From a virus (lineage: Duplodnaviria > Caudoviricetes), in IMG/VR virus record IMGVR_UViG_3300006056_000001, positions 1-64,000 of that record: a DNA stretch of 64,000 nt. One strand, given 5' to 3'. The notes beneath the pieces were generated by a model. It was given only the letters and a program-made list of their open reading frames with translations. It did no database searches and was not told where the DNA came from. Positions 30,531 through 42,700 of the stretch are shown here, one piece after another. How positions within the stretch are numbered: the first letter of the stretch is position 1; each line of letters starts with the position of its first letter. The position numbers were made by a program, and so were the translations under genes.

Positions 30531-30997
30531 GCTACTATGCCACCTATCCTAAGTCTAAAAGTTGCGTATGGATCTGGATTTGTTATTCCAGATAAGTATT
30601 GTTGAATCCAGAATCCTGTGTAAGAATTTGGAGTTAACGTTCCTATATTTAACCCTTCTGTGTAATCAGAAGGCGTAGCCCATCCAGAAACTCCAGACGG
30701 AGGTGTTATAGGTGAAGTTGTACTATCTACTAGTCCTGTACAATTAGCAATATAAATTTGATCTTCATGCTCAATTGCTTCTATCCAGACTCTAGTATAT
30801 GTGCTAGTACTAGAATAAGTATTTTTTACAAATACTTTTCTATACTGTATTGAACTTGTTGGTACTCCTGAAGCAGGAGCATCTACATGGTAGAAAAGTT
30901 CATTTAAATATCCGCTTACTGGATAAGAAGATATATCTCCTCCTACTGCTCCAGTAAGATTTGAAGGATTGTGTTCTGGTTTGTAAACTATAAACAT
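30527..30997 (-). CDS. Small baseplate/fibre-associated structural protein (156 aa)
   Basis: Follows baseplate J; LNELF...QYRKVFVKN...GFWIQ pattern typical of small phage structural proteins. Confidence 0.55.
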   Translation of the reverse strand: MFIVYKPEHNPSNLTGAVGGDISSYPVSGYLNELFYHVDAPASGVPTSSIQYRKVFVKNTYSSTSTYTRVWIEAIEHEDQIYIANCTGLVDSTTSPITPPSGVSGWATPSDYTEGLNIGTLTPNSYTGFWIQQYLSGITNPDPYATFRLRIGGIVA

Positions 30998-32145
30998 TAA
31001 ACAATTTCTATTGCTTTTGGCACATCTGTGTCAGGAACAAAAAGCTCATCTTCCGATAACTGGAAGTTTCTTAATGTTCTTGGTTTACAATCAATAAATA
31101 ATTCTATTATTTTTACATCTTTCACTTTTGGATTGATTAAGCTTGCTGCCCTTAGTTGGTTAATAATCAATTCTCCTCCTAAAGGAATTTGTGCTAGATA
31201 GTTTAAAATAGAAGACTCTACTTGTGTAGATAGATTTATTTTTTCTGCTTCTGTAACTTCTTTTGAATAAGAAAGCTGTAAAGTTATTTTAATAGGTACA
31301 TATTCTGGTTCTCTTACTTCAAAAGAAATACCATATGCAGCTACTTGTTCTAAAGCTCTTCTAGTATTTTCTTTGGTACTAGTTGTAACTTTATTACCTT
31401 GTGGTATTAATAGTACGTCGAAAGTGCCAGCTCCTCTAGCATACTGTAATATTTCTGCTCTAGAGACTCCAGGATTTAGAATAGCAGCTACTTCTATTGC
31501 AGCTAAGTTACTTCCGTATCTGGAAGTCATAGCTCTGCTTAATCTATATCTATACTCTTCGTCACTCTCGACGTCTCTTCCTGTAGTAATAGCTATATCA
31601 TTTGTTACTTTAACTTCGCTATTATTTAAATTATGTACTACAAGTTGGTTTACACCTACGTTAGCCCCAACTCCGGTTCCAGATGCACTAACTGAAACAT
31701 ATATTGATTTGGAGTTTACGGGAAAACTGACATCTTCTGTAGTTACGTAGTTTACAGAGTCTGTCAAATTACTAACAATAGTCCCTACCGGAATAAGGCC
31801 TAGACCTGGATTGCTAGGATGTGGTAGTTTTGATCCTAAAGTTCCGTTTAATATATAGAATCTTACAGCTCCGTCTTCAATAAGAGCGGTCGCTCTTCTT
31901 TCTTTAAGTCGGGGCAACCCTAGAGTTTCACCCCACATGTCTAAGTAGACACCGGTAGCAGAGCTTAAGAATGCATTTTGAAATGAGGTAGTTACGTAAT
32001 CTTGTAACCTGCTTATTTCTAAGCAATTCGTTTCGACAAGAGCCTTAGCTATAGACCCGTCAGAAAAGTAAGTAACAGGTGTATTTTTAGACAGGTATTT
32101 TAACCCATCTTGTACCATGTCAAAAAAAGATTTCTTAGTGACCAT
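30997..32145 (-). CDS. Baseplate J-like wedge protein (382 aa)
   Basis: FLSSATGVYLDMWGETLGLPR, GRDVESDEEYRYRL, RGAGTFDVLL and YLAQIPLGGELII are classic Baseplate_J/gp6 motifs. Confidence 0.92.
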   Translation of the reverse strand: MVTKKSFFDMVQDGLKYLSKNTPVTYFSDGSIAKALVETNCLEISRLQDYVTTSFQNAFLSSATGVYLDMWGETLGLPRLKERRATALIEDGAVRFYILNGTLGSKLPHPSNPGLGLIPVGTIVSNLTDSVNYVTTEDVSFPVNSKSIYVSVSASGTGVGANVGVNQLVVHNLNNSEVKVTNDIAITTGRDVESDEEYRYRLSRAMTSRYGSNLAAIEVAAILNPGVSRAEILQYARGAGTFDVLLIPQGNKVTTSTKENTRRALEQVAAYGISFEVREPEYVPIKITLQLSYSKEVTEAEKINLSTQVESSILNYLAQIPLGGELIINQLRAASLINPKVKDVKIIELFIDCKPRTLRNFQLSEDELFVPDTDVPKAIEIV

Positions 32146-32588
32146 TAGTCTATTTCCAAAGGTTTGACAAAAGAACCTTCTATAAAGGGAAAGGTAAACA
32201 CTACTCTTTCACCATATAGATTTTTAATTACCCCATCTATTAGATAAGACCCGCCTATTTCTACTAGGCAGAGAACTTCATTTATGTCAAAAGGTACAAC
32301 TGTAGCATTTACATCTATAGGATTAAATATTTTATTCTTAAGAGTATTATCTACAATAGACTCCATATAACCTCTAACAGACGGTGTATTAGTAGATCCA
32401 ATAAAACTACCTAGATTACATCCCACAGATTTATCTGGAGCATAATCACCAAAATCAGTTCTTAATAAGAATATAGTTGCGGACTTGGTAGTCTCTAAAG
32501 GATTTGCTAATTTTAGATCCCCTTTGCTGTCTAATACTATATCTCCATTAATATCCGTTTTTATGTCACTATTATAGTAAATACTCAT
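32145..32588 (-). CDS. gp25-like baseplate wedge/sheath initiator (147 aa)
   Basis: GDIVLDSKGDL...LRTDFGDYAPDKSVGCNLGSFIG; lies immediately upstream of baseplate J. Confidence 0.8.
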   Translation of the reverse strand: MSIYYNSDIKTDINGDIVLDSKGDLKLANPLETTKSATIFLLRTDFGDYAPDKSVGCNLGSFIGSTNTPSVRGYMESIVDNTLKNKIFNPIDVNATVVPFDINEVLCLVEIGGSYLIDGVIKNLYGERVVFTFPFIEGSFVKPLEID

Positions 32589-33247
32589 GATATACTCCTA
32601 AAGATTTCTTCTTCAATATTTTGATTATCTACTATAATCAATGCCATATCAACATCTTGTTTGCTCTCAGTAGTTTCTGAATCGGTTTTTATATTTTTGT
32701 CCAGTAGTTTAAGTAACGTCACTTGTACTATTTCTAGAATAGCTATTGACATTAAATTTTGATTTGATAGAGAAGGGAATAATTTTCTGACCCAAGGCTT
32801 AGTAGGAGAATAGTTAGTACTTGGATTTACAGGAGATAGAGGGTTTAATTCATATCCATCTACTGTATCTATTTTTAGAGTACCAAGAGTAGTGTTCGCC
32901 AGGCTAGAGTAAAAATTTGATCCTTGTTGATCTACTGAAAAAGCCATTCGATTAGCTTCATTAGTATTGGAGGCAAATACAAATTTACCTATTCTAGGTA
33001 ATAAGCTTAAGCTTCCTGATCCATAATAGCTAATACCAGGCTCTATAGCAAACTTAGTTGACCTGTTTGGATCTGTAATAGTAGACAAGTGCCATTCAGC
33101 AGATCTATTTATTTGTTCTGTTACAGCAGATAGGCTCTTGGTATTGTCTATTTCAAAGCTTATTTTTGACTCAATCTCAGAAACAGATTGTGTTCCTGGT
33201 TGAGTTCCTCCGATAGCTGTAGGATCTTTAGGATCTGGGTATGTCAT
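32585..33247 (-). CDS. Hypothetical baseplate-region protein (220 aa)
   Basis: Coupled ORF in the spike/gp5 position; no motif recognised. Confidence 0.45.
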   Translation of the reverse strand: MTYPDPKDPTAIGGTQPGTQSVSEIESKISFEIDNTKSLSAVTEQINRSAEWHLSTITDPNRSTKFAIEPGISYYGSGSLSLLPRIGKFVFASNTNEANRMAFSVDQQGSNFYSSLANTTLGTLKIDTVDGYELNPLSPVNPSTNYSPTKPWVRKLFPSLSNQNLMSIAILEIVQVTLLKLLDKNIKTDSETTESKQDVDMALIIVDNQNIEEEIFRSIS

Positions 33248-33249
33248 TT

Positions 33250-33759
33250 TTATTCTCTCAGTGTTTTGTTTCTTTGTATACTGTTGTTTGTAGTAAGAAT
33301 ATAGTTTCCTTCTACAGCTTGGTTTACATCTAAGCTATCAATTATTATATCATATACGGTAGGATCTGGCCCGGCTTCTTCATTATTTGGTATATGTCCA
33401 GATACAGTAACTATTATTACCGACTGTTTTATTACAGAAGTTATCTGTTCTTCTTGATTACTTATATTTCTTACGACTTCTATTTCATCTTCAGAAATTT
33501 TACTACTATCTTCTGGAGTTTGAAGCCTACTTTGTTTAGCTGAATTTACTAACTGTCTGTATTTATTAACAGGTATAACTGCTACTTTTCTAGAAATAGG
33601 GTCTAGTCCTGTCTTATTAATAAAGATACCGCTTGGGATAACTCCTTTTTGATATAAGAAATCTAGTAAAGGTCCATAGATTATTTTACATACTATTCCT
33701 TTACCAAACCTTCTAGAGTCTATTTTTGACTCTAACCTTAATTTTTTATTTAAACTCAT
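33250..33759 (-). CDS. Hypothetical baseplate-region protein (169 aa)
   Basis: ATGA-coupled to the hub gene; no motif recognised. Confidence 0.45.
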   Translation of the reverse strand: MSLNKKLRLESKIDSRRFGKGIVCKIIYGPLLDFLYQKGVIPSGIFINKTGLDPISRKVAVIPVNKYRQLVNSAKQSRLQTPEDSSKISEDEIEVVRNISNQEEQITSVIKQSVIIVTVSGHIPNNEEAGPDPTVYDIIIDSLDVNQAVEGNYILTTNNSIQRNKTLRE

Positions 33760-36700
33760 TCGTTACCCCAGAAATCATCTAATATTTTTCTAGCTCCTTC
33801 TTGTAATTTTCTGCTAGAGTAGTATGCACCAAAAGCAGATAGTCCCCAGATAGAGTCCTCAGATTCAAGACCGGCTATGAAAGGAGTACCATTAAATATT
33901 AATGGAGAAAGAATAACAGGTAATTGATCTACGTCATTACTACTTTCTATAAAGGCAGGTATGACTGTAGATTTATAAGACATGTGCGTACCCCACTGTG
34001 CTCCTGCAATTAAAGCTTGATTTACAAAATAAGACTTAGCAGGGCCTCCTATTGTCTTTACAATACTTGTAACTAGCTGCATTGGATTTTTAGAGGCAGT
34101 AATCATTTCAGGTATCTTATTCTTTAATGTATCTTTTGCTACATTTTTATATATGTTCCAAGTTTCATTTATACCTCCTTTTATTCCTCCTTTACCAAAT
34201 CTAGTTAGTAATCCCTTTAAGCCTTGTTTTACAGAAAATTGACCTAGAGCTAAAGGAGCAGCGCCACCTACCGTGGATACTATTAAAGCTAAAGTCAATG
34301 CGTCGCTTACAGCATCAATGGTATTATATACAAACTGATAAGTAGTCTCCATGATAGCAGTATGTAAAATGCCTGCTCCTGGATTTGCATCACACACAGC
34401 TTGAGGAATTATGTTAGTAATCCATCCTTGATCTGAGTTCCAATGGTGTACTAAGCTTTCAACTTCTATTGGCCCGGACATCTTAGTATAGGCGTCTGAT
34501 ATAATAATTCTATCATATGGTTTCATATTCTTACCTATTAAGGTAAGCGTACCTCTATACATTTTCTTAACACCTTCTGCTAAGTGGTGGCATGCTAGCT
34601 TAGCTGCTAGATCAGGATTCTGACAATTAAGCTCTGTAAAGACTTGTATCTTTTTATTTGATAGAGTTAATCCAGGATGAAACTGTAGTCCTATAACTCC
34701 AGTAACCTCATTTCTAGGATAATAAACCCATTCAATACCAGCACCAATTCTACCTTCTCTATAGACCTGTTCTTCAGACTCTACTTGGGATTCTGCTGAA
34801 CCAGGCTTAGGATGTTCTATTACTACTGTATTCCACATTTCTCTTGTAGTAGCTACAATACTATTTTTTATAATACTATGGTCGCTGTCTACAAAGTGAT
34901 GCATTCTAAACACTTTCATATTAGGAGCAAGCTGTTTAGAATTATCTAGTGACTTAACCTTCTTTGAAGCTTCTGTATCATTTAACAAATATTGACTAAA
35001 GAAATAAACAAACCCTTTAAACAAGATTAATGTATCATCTATGCTTTCGTTGTTTATTCTATAAGACACATAATTATTCTTGTCTACTTCTTTAAGTTTA
35101 TTAATAACAAGATCCCACACATATGTAAATATTTTTCTTACATCTTTTTGATTGCGGTTATACTCTTTATATTTCCTTAAGCTTGTTGCATGCTCTGGTA
35201 TTAATTTGATTAATTCATCTAGTATATAATCTAATCTGCTTGGTCTTCTTACGTTGGTTGCATATTCTAGCTTTATATAATCTTTAATAGCTTCTAATTC
35301 TGCTCTCTTAGAAGCATTACTTTTTAGACTACTAAGTCTATTAATTAATTCTAGATTTTTTACTGTAACATCATTACTTAATATTTGATCTACATCTTGT
35401 ACAACACTAGGCCAAAATTGATATATCTTGGAATCTTCTATTCCAAAAAACACACCCGCCAGATTAACAGAAATATTTGAATCTCCTATTGAAGATTTTA
35501 CTCTATCTAAATACACAGCAGGAATACTAGAAGATAATAACTTCTTATATATGTTCTCTGTTAGTATTGATTTACCAAAAACAGAGTCTAATAGTTTTTT
35601 AGAGTCTTGTATATAATTTCTTAATTCTTCATAGGACATGAAAGAATAGAAGTCATTAAATGTTGTTTTTACAAAGTTAGCAATCTCTTCTTCTATTTTA
35701 TTACTACCTGGGGTAGGTGTAAAATTAATAAGTAGTTCTAGATTAGAAGGTCCATAAGACTTGTAAAAAGAAGTACTTTCAAAAGATTTAAGCAAAGAGC
35801 CTATTATTTCTTTTGTGTTGGCTAATTTTTGCTTTTGATTGTCTTTGTATTTTTTATTAGTATATGCGTTTCCTCTTGTATAGAAATAAGGCTGGTCAGG
35901 ATGTCCCATGAAGATGGTAGCTTCTCCATCATAAGGAACTACATCTACAATACAATTCCAAGCATGCCTGCTAGCCTCTTTTAAAACGTCCCAGGCTGGC
36001 TGTAGAGGTACTATCCAACTGTCGTTATGCCATGCAGGCATGACACCAAAGACGCTTCTTAAGCCAAATGGGTTGCTATAAAGAGCAGTATCAGGATACC
36101 ATATATTTTTTAATCTGGTGTCAAATCCTTTATCATCTTTGTCTATGCTTCTTCGTCCAATAGATCTAGCTAACCAATTATTTGCATCTCCTAGTAAAGA
36201 TCTTTCCCCTACGTTTTCTAAGTCTATATTTTGATTGTTTTCTATAGATCTATTAAGTACTTCATCTACCGCTTCTGGATTAAGATTCTTTAGGATATAG
36301 GCGGCGTCATGTTCAGGAAAGAACTCTCCAAAGCCTTCTGGATTAGCATATGTTATAGCTTGAATAGCTAAATCTCTAGCTCCCCAGTTCTTTGGATCGT
36401 CACAGTTAAAGCTTACTTGTCTATTAATTAATTCTGCTTTCCATCCTTGAGCTACAATAGTCAGCTCATCACCAGGAACAATTTCTGTGATTCTTCCCGT
36501 AAAAGTAATAGGAAGATTGTAAGCCATAGAAGAGTAGCCCATCCTTATTTGAATAGCTCTTCCTTGTATAAGCTTATATCTCTTTATATAACTGTCTTTA
36601 TCTGGTCCTCTTAGACTACCTAATACTCTTGTTTCATTTTCTGTTTTGTAAGTGTTTTTGTTTTCAAAGTAAGAGCTTTGTAAATGGTAAAGAGGATCTG

Positions 36701-39700
36701 CTAGTTTTATAACAGCTAATGGAGCATCTTCTTTGTCCATTGTAATGTCTATAGAAAGGATAGAAGATACTGAAAAGATAGAGTCATCTGCAATTAAATC
36801 GTTACCACGCTTGTCAATTAAATATACTTTGACAGCAGGGAACATTCTTTCTGGTCCATAGATGTCATCAGTTATTTGATCTATAGCTGAAGTAATACAC
36901 TTTTGTGTAGAGCTGTCTAAGTGACGATGAAATTCTATTTCTTTGTCTATAGGTGTTTTAAATACAGAGTCTGCATCTAGTCTTGGTAATATATCTGTTG
37001 TAAGTAATTTTGCTTTGCTTATTACTCTATATATCTCTCCACCTAATCCTGGAACAGTTACTTCTCTAGGTATAGAATAGTTTCCTTGGTGGTGTAGATA
37101 AAGCTTAATATTATCTTTACCTCCATAATACTTATCTTCAAACTTACTGGCCAACTTTACATAGTCTTCTCTAAATCCAGAAGGATTGCTTTTACTAAAT
37201 TTCTCTAAAGAATTAGTAATCAATTCAGAAAGAGTACTATCAGCTATTTGATAGCTTTTACTACCAGGAACAGACGTTTTCTTTTCTCTTATAAGTCTTT
37301 TTATGTCTTCTATTTCTTCTGTGTTGAAAGGAATAGACAAAGACATCTGTTCACTTACTTTGTTTGTGCTTTCTACAGATTCTTTTGCTATTTTTCTTAG
37401 TTGATCTTTTGTTCTTGTTTTATAAAACCATGCGGCTGGAGAAACAAGGTCTTCTCTATTTACACAAGGTTTACTTCTGTCTTCTACATATTCTAAACCT
37501 AAATCATCAAAAGAAGGAGCAAACTGTTCCCACTGATCTTCAAATAACTGATAGTAAGTAGGAAGAAGCAGATCAGGATAGAGACCTTGTATGTCTTTAC
37601 TAAAATTAGAGATTTCTTTTCTGTATTCTTGTTCCACGGGTTGCTTCTCTAAACTATATTTTGTTATCAGTTTATAGAAGGCTGTGTAGATTCCGTCTGT
37701 AGAGTATATGTAAGGAAGCTGTATGTCCTTTGGTTTTCTTTCTATAATTACATTAAAAAGTGCATCTTTAAAAGAATTTGAAAACCTAATATTGGATTTA
37801 GATAGTTTATCAAAAATTATACTTGTATAAGTATTACCTATTAGTCCAGAAGTTCTATTTCCTAAATAAGAGCCAGTAATATACTGTGCCATTTCTACAT
37901 AGAATTTTTCTGAATCAGATCCTGTGTACTCAAAACAGTTTTTCACTATATTTAATATTGCATTATATATGTCAAAATACTGTTCTTCTTTTCCAGATAC
38001 ACCACTTATTATACTGAATAAGATAGGTAGATTTTTTAATTGATCTGTAATGTTTATCTTTCTATTAGCTACATACTTGCCTACTGCTAAAGGCTCTTTT
38101 AATAGAGCTTCTTTTATACTATTAGTTGAATCTACTTTTCTATGTATTAGAGCTGCTCGTAGAGTATCTGCATTTAATATACCAAACTTAGAGTCTTTCT
38201 TTATATCAGTTAAGCTTTTTTCTACAGGCCAGAAAGCAATGTAGGCTTGATACAACTCATCATTATTCATAACAGAATCAAGAAGAGCTGACGTACCTCC
38301 TTTAGCACGGAACTGTATTTCTTTATCTGTAATATTGTCATAAAACTTACGTAATTCCTTTAACTCAGTTCCACCTGATATTAAAGTCATTTCAGAAGTT
38401 TCAGCTATTCTTATATTATTTTCTAAGAAGTCTACTTTAACATTTATTACATTTGGTAGATCTGTAGTTTCACTATCAATACTAAGAGGAACAAATATAG
38501 TTTCTCCCGGAGCAACAAGGGGCTTCTTATATGTCGTTGAATATAAAAGCTTTGTTACAGGGCTTTTAATGTTCCATCCATATATTCTATCGAACCTCTC
38601 TAAACTTTTATTTATAACATCAGATGTTTCTTTGAATTTACAGAAGTTTAAGAACTCTCTATTACTAGATTGATTATTAAATACAATGTCAAAAGACAGG
38701 CTCTTTCCTGACACACCCATGTGTGTTGCAAAAGAGTAGATCTTTCCTTGTAGTTTATTAAATGCAAACTTGTGGGCAAAAGAGCAACTTTCTGATAGAA
38801 GTATTCCTTGACTTTGTTTGTTGGTTGTTATATCCAACGTAACTTGTTCTTGTGGGCCGGCTATAGGGTTCCCTACTGTGTCTTTTCCATACCAACTAAT
38901 AGTTGTCTTTTGAAAGTCTTCTTCAGAAAGGAATGGAACTTGAGAGTTATCTAAAACCTGATTAATCCATTTAGTAAGCCAATGTGCTCCTCTTGGATAT
39001 TCTACAGGCTCTCCATTTTCTCCTAAGTAAAATAGACCTTCAGATTCTGATATAGGACTTATATCTATTCTAGATATAGTAAGAGTTGCTTGTAAAGTAT
39101 TAACTAGATCTGGAACATTTTCTATGTCTATTCGTTCTAAGGCAACAGGTACATAATTACTATAGTATTTGTTTTGTTTTAAATCTTGTGGACTTAAAGG
39201 TTCTACCATAGAACCAAAACTATAAGGCAGGGTAGAATCATTAAATCCTTTTAAAACAGGAGCTACATTGTTACTAGACAGGTTTTTATTAAGATTTTGA
39301 ATTAAGTATTCATTGTATGTAGCAAAAGAGTTGTCTAGTAAACTAGTTACAGTTGTGCCTCCTACTGTAGCTGCTTGTACAGCCTTATTTAATTTACTGT
39401 TATCTGCAATAAGTTGCTTTACTTTTTCATAGTTTTCTTTATCATTTAGGACATCTTGGTTTTTCCATGCAGAAGTCAAAAATTCATTCTCTAAAGAAAC
39501 TATAGGACAGCTTTTAAACAAAGCTATTAGTGCTCTTAAGCCACTTTGTCCATCGGAATTAACTCCTGCATTTATCTCTTCTAGCCCTGTGAAGATAAAT
39601 CTTATTTGAGCCCTATGTAAAGAATCTCCAGAGTCTACTACAAAGAAGTTGCTAGACCTAGTAGTCTCTAAAATTTTGACACCCTTTCTTTCTTGAAGTG

Positions 39701-39770
39701 CTATTTTTTGAACAGCATGTGTATACTTTAAGGGGCCTATGTAAAGCTCAGAGCTATTTCTTAAGTTCAT
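33756..39770 (-). CDS. Giant baseplate hub protein (gp27/gpD/VgrG-N-like), 2004 aa
   Basis: GRAIQIRMGYSS...PITFTGRITEIVPGDELTIVAQG and MYRGTLTLIGKNMKPYDRIII...GPIEVESLVHHWNSDQGWITNI match the two hub beta-barrels. Position between tape measure and gp25 fits. Confidence 0.72.
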   Translation of the reverse strand: MNLRNSSELYIGPLKYTHAVQKIALQERKGVKILETTRSSNFFVVDSGDSLHRAQIRFIFTGLEEINAGVNSDGQSGLRALIALFKSCPIVSLENEFLTSAWKNQDVLNDKENYEKVKQLIADNSKLNKAVQAATVGGTTVTSLLDNSFATYNEYLIQNLNKNLSSNNVAPVLKGFNDSTLPYSFGSMVEPLSPQDLKQNKYYSNYVPVALERIDIENVPDLVNTLQATLTISRIDISPISESEGLFYLGENGEPVEYPRGAHWLTKWINQVLDNSQVPFLSEEDFQKTTISWYGKDTVGNPIAGPQEQVTLDITTNKQSQGILLSESCSFAHKFAFNKLQGKIYSFATHMGVSGKSLSFDIVFNNQSSNREFLNFCKFKETSDVINKSLERFDRIYGWNIKSPVTKLLYSTTYKKPLVAPGETIFVPLSIDSETTDLPNVINVKVDFLENNIRIAETSEMTLISGGTELKELRKFYDNITDKEIQFRAKGGTSALLDSVMNNDELYQAYIAFWPVEKSLTDIKKDSKFGILNADTLRAALIHRKVDSTNSIKEALLKEPLAVGKYVANRKINITDQLKNLPILFSIISGVSGKEEQYFDIYNAILNIVKNCFEYTGSDSEKFYVEMAQYITGSYLGNRTSGLIGNTYTSIIFDKLSKSNIRFSNSFKDALFNVIIERKPKDIQLPYIYSTDGIYTAFYKLITKYSLEKQPVEQEYRKEISNFSKDIQGLYPDLLLPTYYQLFEDQWEQFAPSFDDLGLEYVEDRSKPCVNREDLVSPAAWFYKTRTKDQLRKIAKESVESTNKVSEQMSLSIPFNTEEIEDIKRLIREKKTSVPGSKSYQIADSTLSELITNSLEKFSKSNPSGFREDYVKLASKFEDKYYGGKDNIKLYLHHQGNYSIPREVTVPGLGGEIYRVISKAKLLTTDILPRLDADSVFKTPIDKEIEFHRHLDSSTQKCITSAIDQITDDIYGPERMFPAVKVYLIDKRGNDLIADDSIFSVSSILSIDITMDKEDAPLAVIKLADPLYHLQSSYFENKNTYKTENETRVLGSLRGPDKDSYIKRYKLIQGRAIQIRMGYSSMAYNLPITFTGRITEIVPGDELTIVAQGWKAELINRQVSFNCDDPKNWGARDLAIQAITYANPEGFGEFFPEHDAAYILKNLNPEAVDEVLNRSIENNQNIDLENVGERSLLGDANNWLARSIGRRSIDKDDKGFDTRLKNIWYPDTALYSNPFGLRSVFGVMPAWHNDSWIVPLQPAWDVLKEASRHAWNCIVDVVPYDGEATIFMGHPDQPYFYTRGNAYTNKKYKDNQKQKLANTKEIIGSLLKSFESTSFYKSYGPSNLELLINFTPTPGSNKIEEEIANFVKTTFNDFYSFMSYEELRNYIQDSKKLLDSVFGKSILTENIYKKLLSSSIPAVYLDRVKSSIGDSNISVNLAGVFFGIEDSKIYQFWPSVVQDVDQILSNDVTVKNLELINRLSSLKSNASKRAELEAIKDYIKLEYATNVRRPSRLDYILDELIKLIPEHATSLRKYKEYNRNQKDVRKIFTYVWDLVINKLKEVDKNNYVSYRINNESIDDTLILFKGFVYFFSQYLLNDTEASKKVKSLDNSKQLAPNMKVFRMHHFVDSDHSIIKNSIVATTREMWNTVVIEHPKPGSAESQVESEEQVYREGRIGAGIEWVYYPRNEVTGVIGLQFHPGLTLSNKKIQVFTELNCQNPDLAAKLACHHLAEGVKKMYRGTLTLIGKNMKPYDRIIISDAYTKMSGPIEVESLVHHWNSDQGWITNIIPQAVCDANPGAGILHTAIMETTYQFVYNTIDAVSDALTLALIVSTVGGAAPLALGQFSVKQGLKGLLTRFGKGGIKGGINETWNIYKNVAKDTLKNKIPEMITASKNPMQLVTSIVKTIGGPAKSYFVNQALIAGAQWGTHMSYKSTVIPAFIESSNDVDQLPVILSPLIFNGTPFIAGLESEDSIWGLSAFGAYYSSRKLQEGARKILDDFWGNE

Positions 39771-42700
39771 TTATTTTTCAACGTCTTAGAGGCTATATCT
39801 TTTTTGATCTTATTTAGATCTTTGTAATTACTTGTCATTAAATTAATGACGTTTTTACTAAACTGTACATTGCGTATGTTTTCTATAATATTTTGCGACC
39901 AGAATTGTTTGTCTAGAGATGGAAGAGATACAAGATCTTGATTAATATTAGCCAGTTGTTTCATTATTCTGACTGTCTCATCTTCTTCTATTTCAGGCTC
40001 TTCTTCATTACTAAAGAAGAACTGATTAGGAGGGAATGACTTATCTCCTTCATTAAAGTCTAAATCAGGTACTTCTGGAGCAGGATTATTAAAGTAAGTT
40101 ACTCCTACATCACTACCGGATATAGAAAGGCTAAAACTATTTATATTAACTATAATTGGAATAACAGTAGAAACTGTTACATCTGCTGCTGTTATACTTT
40201 GTACATGTACTTGGTCTAATCCAAATAAAATATATACAGAAGTAGTATTTCCATTAGAGCCTGCGGAAGAAACAGTAAGTACGTTTACATCTGGTGAAGA
40301 AACAGAAGTTTTAGTACTTAAACTAATAGCAGGAATTATACTACTATTTTCTAGTGCATTTTTTGATATAGTTACTTTATATGTACTCGCAGGTAATATA
40401 CTGTTAGAAACTAATGTAGAAAATTCTACTTGACTAAAATAAGTAGTTATAGGAGGTAATACTGATGTAGAATACAATACTCCTATTGTTGGTTTTATTA
40501 CTACTGTGCTTGGCGGAAGTACAGAAGAACAGGATAGTTGTCCTAAAGCAATTTGTATATTTTTTGATATACTAGGTATTACAGAATTAGATGTAGAAGA
40601 AGAAACAGATATTCTTTCTTTATATGTAGCCGGTGGTATTACAGACGAACTATATATTTCATTTACATCTTTTCTTACTCTTATGGTATGGCTAGGAATT
40701 ACAGAAGTACTTGTAGAAACAGCACCTGTATATATTACGTTACCACTAGTACCTCCACCTGTCGTTTCTGTGAACGACCAATCGGCTAAGGATACGTTTA
40801 GCCATGGACCCTTACTATTTTCATACCATGGAGTAGGTCTATCCCAAAATGTAGATGCTGTTCCATATGCCGTGCTGGTAGCACTTACTGTAGCATCTGT
40901 ACTTAAAGCTGGAGTCGTACTAGAGAAGTATCTGCCAGAACTTGCATGCCCTCCTATTAATAGGCTGCCTGTAAAGTGGTTATATTGTGTGTTTACTTGG
41001 CCTGTATAAGAAGACATAGTGCCTTCTGAAGCACTTAGTAATCCAAATACAGAGTCAAGAATTTCACTGTTTTCTATTAAGTCAGTAGAGCTTACTTCTA
41101 ATCTAGAGATGTAAGAGTCTCTTATTAATATATTTTTTGTTATATTACTAGAGGAGGCATAATAAAATGATCTAGGGCCGTCATTTATTCCTCCGTCATA
41201 ATAATTGACAAATGCAATTCCTGACATGTTGCTTGTAGATCCAAATATACCTTGTGTTTCCCAAGCAGGAAAAACTGCAAAGTTACTTATAATAAAGTTT
41301 TGTACAGGATATGATTCAGTTTGTATGAACTGGAAAATATCTGAGTGAGGTCCCCAAGTGTTATAGTTAGTTGTAGTATTTCCTACTCTTAAGTTACCAT
41401 TAGTAACTGTAGCACTAGCATCACTTTCTGGGGTTAAGTTGTTAGCTGATCCTGTAGTAATAACATCTACCCAAGGTAAACTTCCTGAGTAACCACCACT
41501 GAGAAATCCTACTGCCATATTGTTATTAGTACTAGTAGTAAAGTTTTCTAATCTAATACCAAGAACAGGGCTACCACTAAGGTAGGCTAAAGCAGGTACA
41601 AAGTCTTGTCCCGCGTAACCTGCGTTAGCTTGAATTCGATATCTAGAAGTACCAATATTTTCTATTCTAAAACTACCTTGTGCTTCAAACCTTCCACTAA
41701 CACCTACTTCTTGATAGATGTCAGTAACTAAAATATTGACTAAGGCGCTATTTCTATATTGTGGTTGGAAGACCTGTCCTGCAAATTTGTCTATCCAACA
41801 TCCTCTTACAATATCTCCCCATTGACCGCCACCGAAAGTACATCTTCTAATAGACCCTGAAACAAAGATTCGGTCTATCATGTCTTTTTTATTAGGTATA
41901 TCTACTGATCCAGCTACTGTTTCTATAGATCTAATGTGAAGTCCAGTACCTAGTACTGCTTGATCAAAAGGAGCAGGAGGAGCGCTTATACAGTGATCTA
42001 TCCATATATGCATTTCTCCATATGACCATGGACCTACTTTAAACCCAGGGTTTACAATAGTTATGTCAGAAAATCTAACTCTTGCTTGTCTTAGACCTGG
42101 AGAGTCAGTTCCTTTAAAGTACATCCAGTTATTACTAAGATCTTCATTACTAGCTAAGCTAATTAATTTTACATCATCTCTAGATAAGCCTGCTTTGGGC
42201 AGAACTGTAAGCCAATGATGTCCACTAGTATATAATTCTTGATTTTGTCCGAAATTAGTGCCTGTAACTTTATGTGATCCGGCCGCATTAACATAGATAG
42301 TTGCTCCACCACAATCGTTAGATGTAGATGCAAGCTGAGCAGCTTTCTCAAAGCTTTTAACAGGAAGAGAAGTAGTTAATCCACTATTACTATCACTTCC
42401 TCCATTCCAGTCCCAATAGATAGTTTTTGGACTTGGTCTTCTATCTGTACCGTCTTTATCATTATAAATTCTGACTGTACTTAGTGTTACAGATTCTCCA
42501 CTACCGCCGTAGACCGTAGGTATTACATCTATGTATCCTGCAGCATAACTGGCCATTTCTATCTTAATTCCAAAGCACCAAATAGGTGATGGACCTCCTC
42601 CCCAGCTTCCAGGGAGAGGATCATCATACTCAGAGTCATTTGGATACCACATTGCTCTACTAGTAACACTTGTTGTAGAGCTGCCTCCTCCGTTTGAAGA

